Below, one piece after another: positions 59,392-64,000 of a stretch of 64,000 nt of DNA. The number at the start of each line of letters is the position of its first letter. Positions within the stretch are counted from its first letter, which is position 1. The notes below the pieces were generated by a model that did no database searches, was not told the DNA's origin, and saw nothing but the letters and a program-made list of their open reading frames with translations. The position numbers were made by a program, and so were the translations under genes. This DNA comes from Planctomycetota bacterium (GTDB taxonomy: Bacteria; Planctomycetota; UBA11346), in contig JBBRLJ010000002.1 in the NCBI GenBank assembly GCA_038231435.1, positions 64,001 to 128,000 on the forward strand. The letters are read 5' to 3'.

Positions 59392-61497
59392 TCAGCGTTC
59401 GCCGGCGAGCAGCGCGATGCGCCAGCGTTTCGGCGCAACCACCGCGCGCTGTCCGTCGGCCGCGCTGGTGAGCGTGATCGTCGTGCCCGAGATCAGATCG
59501 GTGACCGCGCCTGAGAAGAAACCCGGACGGAAGCGCAGCTCGGCATCGGCGACACCCTCGGGATAGAAGACGAAGACCAGGCGCGTACTTCCGGACAGTC
59601 CGTGCTTGAGATAGATGAAGGCGTCCTTGGTCGGGACCGGGCGCAGCGCCTCGACGTCGGGCTTCCAGCCGCTCGCGCGCGCGGTCTCGGCGACGAAGCG
59701 CTCGAAGCCCTCGCCGCGTTCGTGGTGGTAGGCCTCGCCGAAGTAGGAGCCGCACAAGACCACCTTGCCACGACCGACGCCGATCTCGGCGAGCAGCGCG
59801 CCATCGCCTGATGTCGCGCGCACGCGTGTCGAGGCATCCACCTTCATGCGCCACGGGGTGGTCCACTGGCGCAGGCCCAGGCGGTAGGCGCCATCGACCT
59901 CGGTGCTGGTGGCGTCGAGCGCGCGCCGGCCAACCTCGACGCAGCCGGTGAGGCGCGCGATGAAGCGCTCGGCGGGATAGCGGTGCAGCCCGGCCGAATC
60001 GAACGCGCCACACTCGGATTCGACCACCAGCGTGCCGCCGCCGCGGACGAACGCCTCGAGCTTGGCGGCGGTCGCATCGTCGATCACCAGGGCGCGCGGC
60101 ATGAACAACAGTTTGAGGTCGCCGATGTCGTCGAGGTGCTCCTCCTCGATCGCACGATATGGGATCGACATGCGCACCAGCGCGCGCGAATAGCCGCGCA
60201 GCGCCTCGGTCGGGAAGCCGCCGTGGCCCTCTTGGCACCAGCTCAGGTAGCCGCTCTGCGGGCTGAACCATACGCCGATCTCGGGCCGCGACGGCTTGTA
60301 CGCCGAGATCAGCGCGCGGTGGCGATCGAGCAGTGCGCCAGACTCCTTCATCGCCGCGAGCCGCGGCCCGGCCATGCCGTCGTCGCCGCACAGGCCGAAG
60401 CCCGCGGACTCGGTGCCGAAGACCTCGTCGCGCCAGCACCAGAACAGCAGCATGTCAGCGCCGCACGCCACGCCGTTCCACACCCAGCGCTGCTGCGAAT
60501 CCGGATCCACCGGCAGGTGCACGGCGTTGCCGTGCGAGGCGCGGCCGCCCTGGATCTCGCTCAGCCACACCTTCTTCTCACGCGCCGCCGAACGCACCAG
60601 CTCGATGCGCATGCCGAAATCGGCGTCGTCGATGTTCTGCCACTTGGGGAAGCTCGAACAGCCGATGCCGTCGAGATGGTCGGCCATCGCCCAGTCGTTG
60701 CCGCGGTTGAACGCGGTCTCGCGGCCCCAGCCGCTGAAGAACGCGGTGGGGCTGTCGCCGTGCACGGTCACCGGCAGGCGCGGGCAGATGGCCTTGATGA
60801 GATCGTAACGCTTGCGCGCGTGGCCGCTGGCGCGGCAGGTCAGGAAGTGCTGGAAGGCCATCATCTCGGTGAAGGGCAGCTGCGGGAAGCGCCCGGGCTC
60901 GACATCTTCCCAGCTGGAATAGCGGCGCGTCCAGTCTCGGTTCAGGCCGTCGAGCCCGCCATGGCGCTCGTCCAGCCAAGCCTTGTACGCGGCGATGGTG
61001 TGCGCGCAGTAGCAGACCTTGCCGGTGGCGTTGACATTCCAGCGCAGCTCGTTCCACGCGTCCCAACCGCGCAGGTGCGGCACCGAGCCGTAGCGTTCGG
61101 CGGTGGCGCGCAGGAAAGCGCTCATGCGTGCCCACGCCCCGGGATGATCGGTGCATGCGCCCGGCGTCAGTCCGAAGTGGCACTCGCCGCGGTTGGTCGA
61201 AACCACCGTGTGGCCGTGGTCGTCGATCATCTCGCTGCCGGGAACCTCGCGGTGGATCCAGTACGGCTGGATCTCGGCGATGGTGCTGAGCACCACGCCC
61301 AGGCCGTTCTTGGCGGCGAGCTCGATCAGCCGGTCGTAGTCGCCGAAATCGAAGACCCCGGGCTTGGATTCGACCCAAGCCCACAGCACCCACAGCTGCA
61401 CGGTGTCCAGCCCCGAGGCCTTGATGCGGGCGAAGTCGTCGGCCCAGAAACGCTCGTTGGGGAATGGGGCACGGTAGTACTGCACGCCGATGCGCAT
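59392..61497 (-). CDS. Beta-galactosidase-like glycoside hydrolase (GH42-type)
   Basis: GVQYY, W..VE..PG.FDF, WNE acid/base, WLSEIQGG nucleophile, trimerisation domain. Confidence 0.88.
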   Translation of the reverse strand: MRIGVQYYRAPFPNERFWADDFARIKASGLDTVQLWVLWAWVESKPGVFDFGDYDRLIELAAKNGLGVVLSTIAEIQPYWIHREVPGSEMIDDHGHTVVSTNRGECHFGLTPGACTDHPGAWARMSAFLRATAERYGSVPHLRGWDAWNELRWNVNATGKVCYCAHTIAAYKAWLDERHGGLDGLNRDWTRRYSSWEDVEPGRFPQLPFTEMMAFQHFLTCRASGHARKRYDLIKAICPRLPVTVHGDSPTAFFSGWGRETAFNRGNDWAMADHLDGIGCSSFPKWQNIDDADFGMRIELVRSAAREKKVWLSEIQGGRASHGNAVHLPVDPDSQQRWVWNGVACGADMLLFWCWRDEVFGTESAGFGLCGDDGMAGPRLAAMKESGALLDRHRALISAYKPSRPEIGVWFSPQSGYLSWCQEGHGGFPTEALRGYSRALVRMSIPYRAIEEEHLDDIGDLKLLFMPRALVIDDATAAKLEAFVRGGGTLVVESECGAFDSAGLHRYPAERFIARLTGCVEVGRRALDATSTEVDGAYRLGLRQWTTPWRMKVDASTRVRATSGDGALLAEIGVGRGKVVLCGSYFGEAYHHERGEGFERFVAETARASGWKPDVEALRPVPTKDAFIYLKHGLSGSTRLVFVFYPEGVADAELRFRPGFFSGAVTDLISGTTITLTSAADGQRAVVAPKRWRIALLAGER

Positions 61498-61623
61498 GGG
61501 GACCTCGGCCCGGAGCATGGCGCGCGCTGCCGGGCATGGGAATGCCCGATCCGTCGCCGCCATGCCCGAAGCGAGCAGCCGATCACGCGACCGGGCCTTA
61601 CCGCGCCTGCGGACGTGCGTCGC

Positions 61624-62436
61624 TCAGCCGTGCGCATCCATGCGGGCCTTCGCCCGCGCATGGCTGGCGAAGAGAGCGTGCGAACGGCCGAGCTCATCGA
61701 GCGGATCGGCGCCAGGCACGTATTCGTGGCCCCAGTATCCGGCGTAACCGGCCGCATGGATGGCCGAGACCAGGCGCGCGTAGTCGATCTCCTGGCGACC
61801 AGCCGCCATGGGCCCGGGGAAATCCCGCTTCGGGCTGCCGGCGATGTGGATGTGGCCGATCCAGGGCAGATTGCCCACGACATCAGCCAGCACATCGTCG
61901 CCCATGCGGTGCAGGTGGTAGATGTCGTAGAGCAGCTTCACCGAAGGCGAAGCGACGCGCCGCACCGCAGCCAGCCCGTAGGCCGAGCGGTGGGCGTGCT
62001 GGTCGGGATGATCATGCACGTTCAGCGGCTCGAGCAGCAGCGTGATGCCCGCGCGCGCCGCGTCCGGCGCGAGCGCGGCCAAACCCTCGGCGCAGGCGTC
62101 GATGCCGGCCGCGTCGGAGAGCCCGCGCGCCTGTCCACTGAAGACGATGACATTGGCGATACGGTCGGCTGCGGCTTCGGCGATCGCGGCGCGGATCCCT
62201 TCCAACAGCTGCGGATGGTGCTCGCGGCGGTTCAGGCCATCGTCCATGCCCGGACCGCCGTGCGTGACCAGCTCGAGCCCCGCGGCGCGAGCGGCGGCGC
62301 GATTTTCGCGCTCGACCATCTCGACCCCGGTGTAGCCGATCGCGCGCATGCGGCGGTAGAGGTCGGCCGGCTCCATGCCTTGGCGAAGGAAGCACCAGTC
62401 GGCGGCGGATTGGCGGAGGTTCCGTGGCGAGTTCAT
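61624..62436 (-). CDS. Hydroxypyruvate isomerase-like TIM-barrel protein
   Basis: LEPLN, LLYDIYH, HIHIAG.P.R, EIDY, GHEY; ATGA overlap with the upstream gene. Confidence 0.88.
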   Translation of the reverse strand: MNSPRNLRQSAADWCFLRQGMEPADLYRRMRAIGYTGVEMVERENRAAARAAGLELVTHGGPGMDDGLNRREHHPQLLEGIRAAIAEAAADRIANVIVFSGQARGLSDAAGIDACAEGLAALAPDAARAGITLLLEPLNVHDHPDQHAHRSAYGLAAVRRVASPSVKLLYDIYHLHRMGDDVLADVVGNLPWIGHIHIAGSPKRDFPGPMAAGRQEIDYARLVSAIHAAGYAGYWGHEYVPGADPLDELGRSHALFASHARAKARMDAHG

Positions 62437-63458
62437 GCCTTGCTCCAGTCGAAGAGGATGCCCATGGTCTCGCCGCGCCGCGACTCGGACGTGGAATACG
62501 CCTCGGCGGCCTGGCTCGGCGCGAAGGTGTGCGTGGCCAGACCATCGAGTGGGAAACGGCCGTTCGAAGCCATATCGAAGAACAGGCGGTGGTAGCGATC
62601 GGAATTCCAGCCTGGATCCTCGTGGCCGTCGTGGGCGCCGACGATGGTCAGTCCCTTCATGATCAGGTCCGAGGACAGGTGCTGCTGCGCGGGCTTGCCG
62701 GTGTCGCCTATCACCAGCACGCGTCCGCGCGCGGCGGTCAGGCCGAGCGCCGCGCCGAGCACGGCCGGGTGGCCGGTCGCGTCCACGACCACACCTGGCA
62801 GCGCGCCGCCGAAGGCGGCGCGCACCGCGTCTGCCGCGTCCGCGACCGGCATGGCGATGGTCGTCGCGGCGCCGCCGCGCAGCGCGGCAGGCAGGCGATC
62901 GGCGAATGGATCCAGCGCCACCACCCGGTGCGCGCCCGACGCCAGCGCCCAGCGCAGACTCATCTGTCCGATCGGGCCGGCGCCGATCACCAGCACTTGC
63001 TCGCCGAGCCGGTAGGCGATGGCGCGCGCTCCCACCGCCGTGATCTTCGCCAGCGCGAACCAGGTCGCGTGCCGGGGATCCATGCCCTTCGGCACCGGGG
63101 TGACCGCGGCGGCATCGACGACGGCATGCGATGCGTGGGGATGGCGAACCGCGACGATGTCGCCCGTGGCCAAGCCGGTGACGCCCGAACCGAGGCGATC
63201 GATCTCGCCGACCAAGGCGTAGCCCGGAGTGAAGGGGTAGCGTACCCACTGGTCCCAATGGGTGCCTGGGTCGAAGCGGCGATTGAATACGATGCTCTCG
63301 GTACCGGTGCTCAGCTGCGACCAGAGCGTCTTGACCCGCACCTGCCCAGCGGCGGGTTCGCCCGGCGTCCATGGTTCGTGCACGACCTCCTTCAGGCCGG
63401 TGAAGATCAGCCGCGATCCGGCTATGAGCGGGGAAAGGGCGGCGGCGGTGGCGGGCAT
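62433..63458 (-). CDS. MDR-family dehydrogenase (YcjQ-like; lacks the catalytic Zn Cys and GHE motif)
   Basis: STGTE, YPFTPGY, GAGPIG, DATG. Confidence 0.85.
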   Translation of the reverse strand: MPATAAALSPLIAGSRLIFTGLKEVVHEPWTPGEPAAGQVRVKTLWSQLSTGTESIVFNRRFDPGTHWDQWVRYPFTPGYALVGEIDRLGSGVTGLATGDIVAVRHPHASHAVVDAAAVTPVPKGMDPRHATWFALAKITAVGARAIAYRLGEQVLVIGAGPIGQMSLRWALASGAHRVVALDPFADRLPAALRGGAATTIAMPVADAADAVRAAFGGALPGVVVDATGHPAVLGAALGLTAARGRVLVIGDTGKPAQQHLSSDLIMKGLTIVGAHDGHEDPGWNSDRYHRLFFDMASNGRFPLDGLATHTFAPSQAAEAYSTSESRRGETMGILFDWSKA

Positions 63459-63619
63459 GCGGTCTCCGGGTTTCTGGGTGTATCCGGCGAGTTTTAACCG
63501 CTGGAATGGCTTCATCATAGCGATGTGGGGCCCGTTAACGCAATGCCGGGATGCGGACGCGACTCCGCGAAACGGCTGTCGGCGCTTGCGCGCCCAGGCG
63601 CTCAGGCTGTGATCGCCAC

Positions 63620-64000
63620 ATGCCCGCCACCGCCCATGAGCACGTACCGGCTTCGCGCGGCTCCGGCCACGCGGCGCTGGCGCGCTTCTTCGCCGGGCCG
63701 CCGTTGCCGTTCGTCACCGCCGGGCGCCATGCCGTCACGGCAGACAGCGGACGCCACGATCACGAATCGATCGAGATTGTCCTTCACCACAGTGGATGTG
63801 GTGCCATCAGCACCGACGACGTCGGCGACCTCCCTTTCGGTGCCGGCAGCGCAACCATCCACCCGCCGCTGGTCGCGCACGACCAGCACATGGCCTCGCC
63901 GGGCGAGGACATGTGCGTGCAGCTGCGCGCCGCTCGCCCGCTACCTGTGCCGCTGCGCCGCACCTTCTGTGTGCCGGCGGTACCCGACTGGTTGGCGAGC
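63620..64000 (+). CDS. AraC-type regulator N-terminal cupin domain, 3'-truncated by the window edge
   Basis: Manually translated frame MPATAHEH...HDHESIEIVLHHSGCG...IHPPLVAHDQ stays open to the end; not in the ORF track because it has no stop. Confidence 0.7.
   Translation, partial: MPATAHEHVPASRGSGHAALARFFAGPPLPFVTAGRHAVTADSGRHDHESIEIVLHHSGCGAISTDDVGDLPFGAGSATIHPPLVAHDQHMASPGEDMCVQLRAARPLPVPLRRTFCVPAVPDWLAS

Overview
A GC-rich chromosomal segment, most likely from a Planctomycetota/PVC bacterium. Supporting signs are a Minf_1886/TIGR04138-like protein, NusA with a short N-terminal domain and no rimP upstream, a C-terminally extended ECF sigma factor, and ThiE with an N-terminal ThiD2-type extension. 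Positions 1-19.5 kb hold accessory, mostly secreted proteins: a large transglutaminase-like/TPR protein, a beta-barrel, an ankyrin protein, an ECF sigma, two DUF5060/GH5-like hydrolases and a 3D-domain protein, plus dCMP deaminase and hisH. Positions 19.8-44 kb are mostly housekeeping: nusA-infB-rbfA, gpsA, an ECF/anti-sigma pair, a PilR-like activator, osmC, thiE, an AI-2E transporter, a Ser/Thr kinase and oppABC. Positions 44-64 kb form a carbohydrate catabolic island. The most notable non-coding signal is a ~170-nt multi-branched structured element present twice (15519-15689 on +, 32764-32934 on -). Its copies show compensatory base changes, a same-length swapped hairpin, GTAG-tagged palindromes and GNA triloops. 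Also seen: a ~175-nt rod-shaped 6S-like ncRNA candidate, widespread apparently leaderless genes, and a 16-bp inverted repeat spanning two divergent start codons. No tRNA, rRNA, CRISPR array or transposase was recognised. All family assignments are by-eye motif recognition, not database searches.
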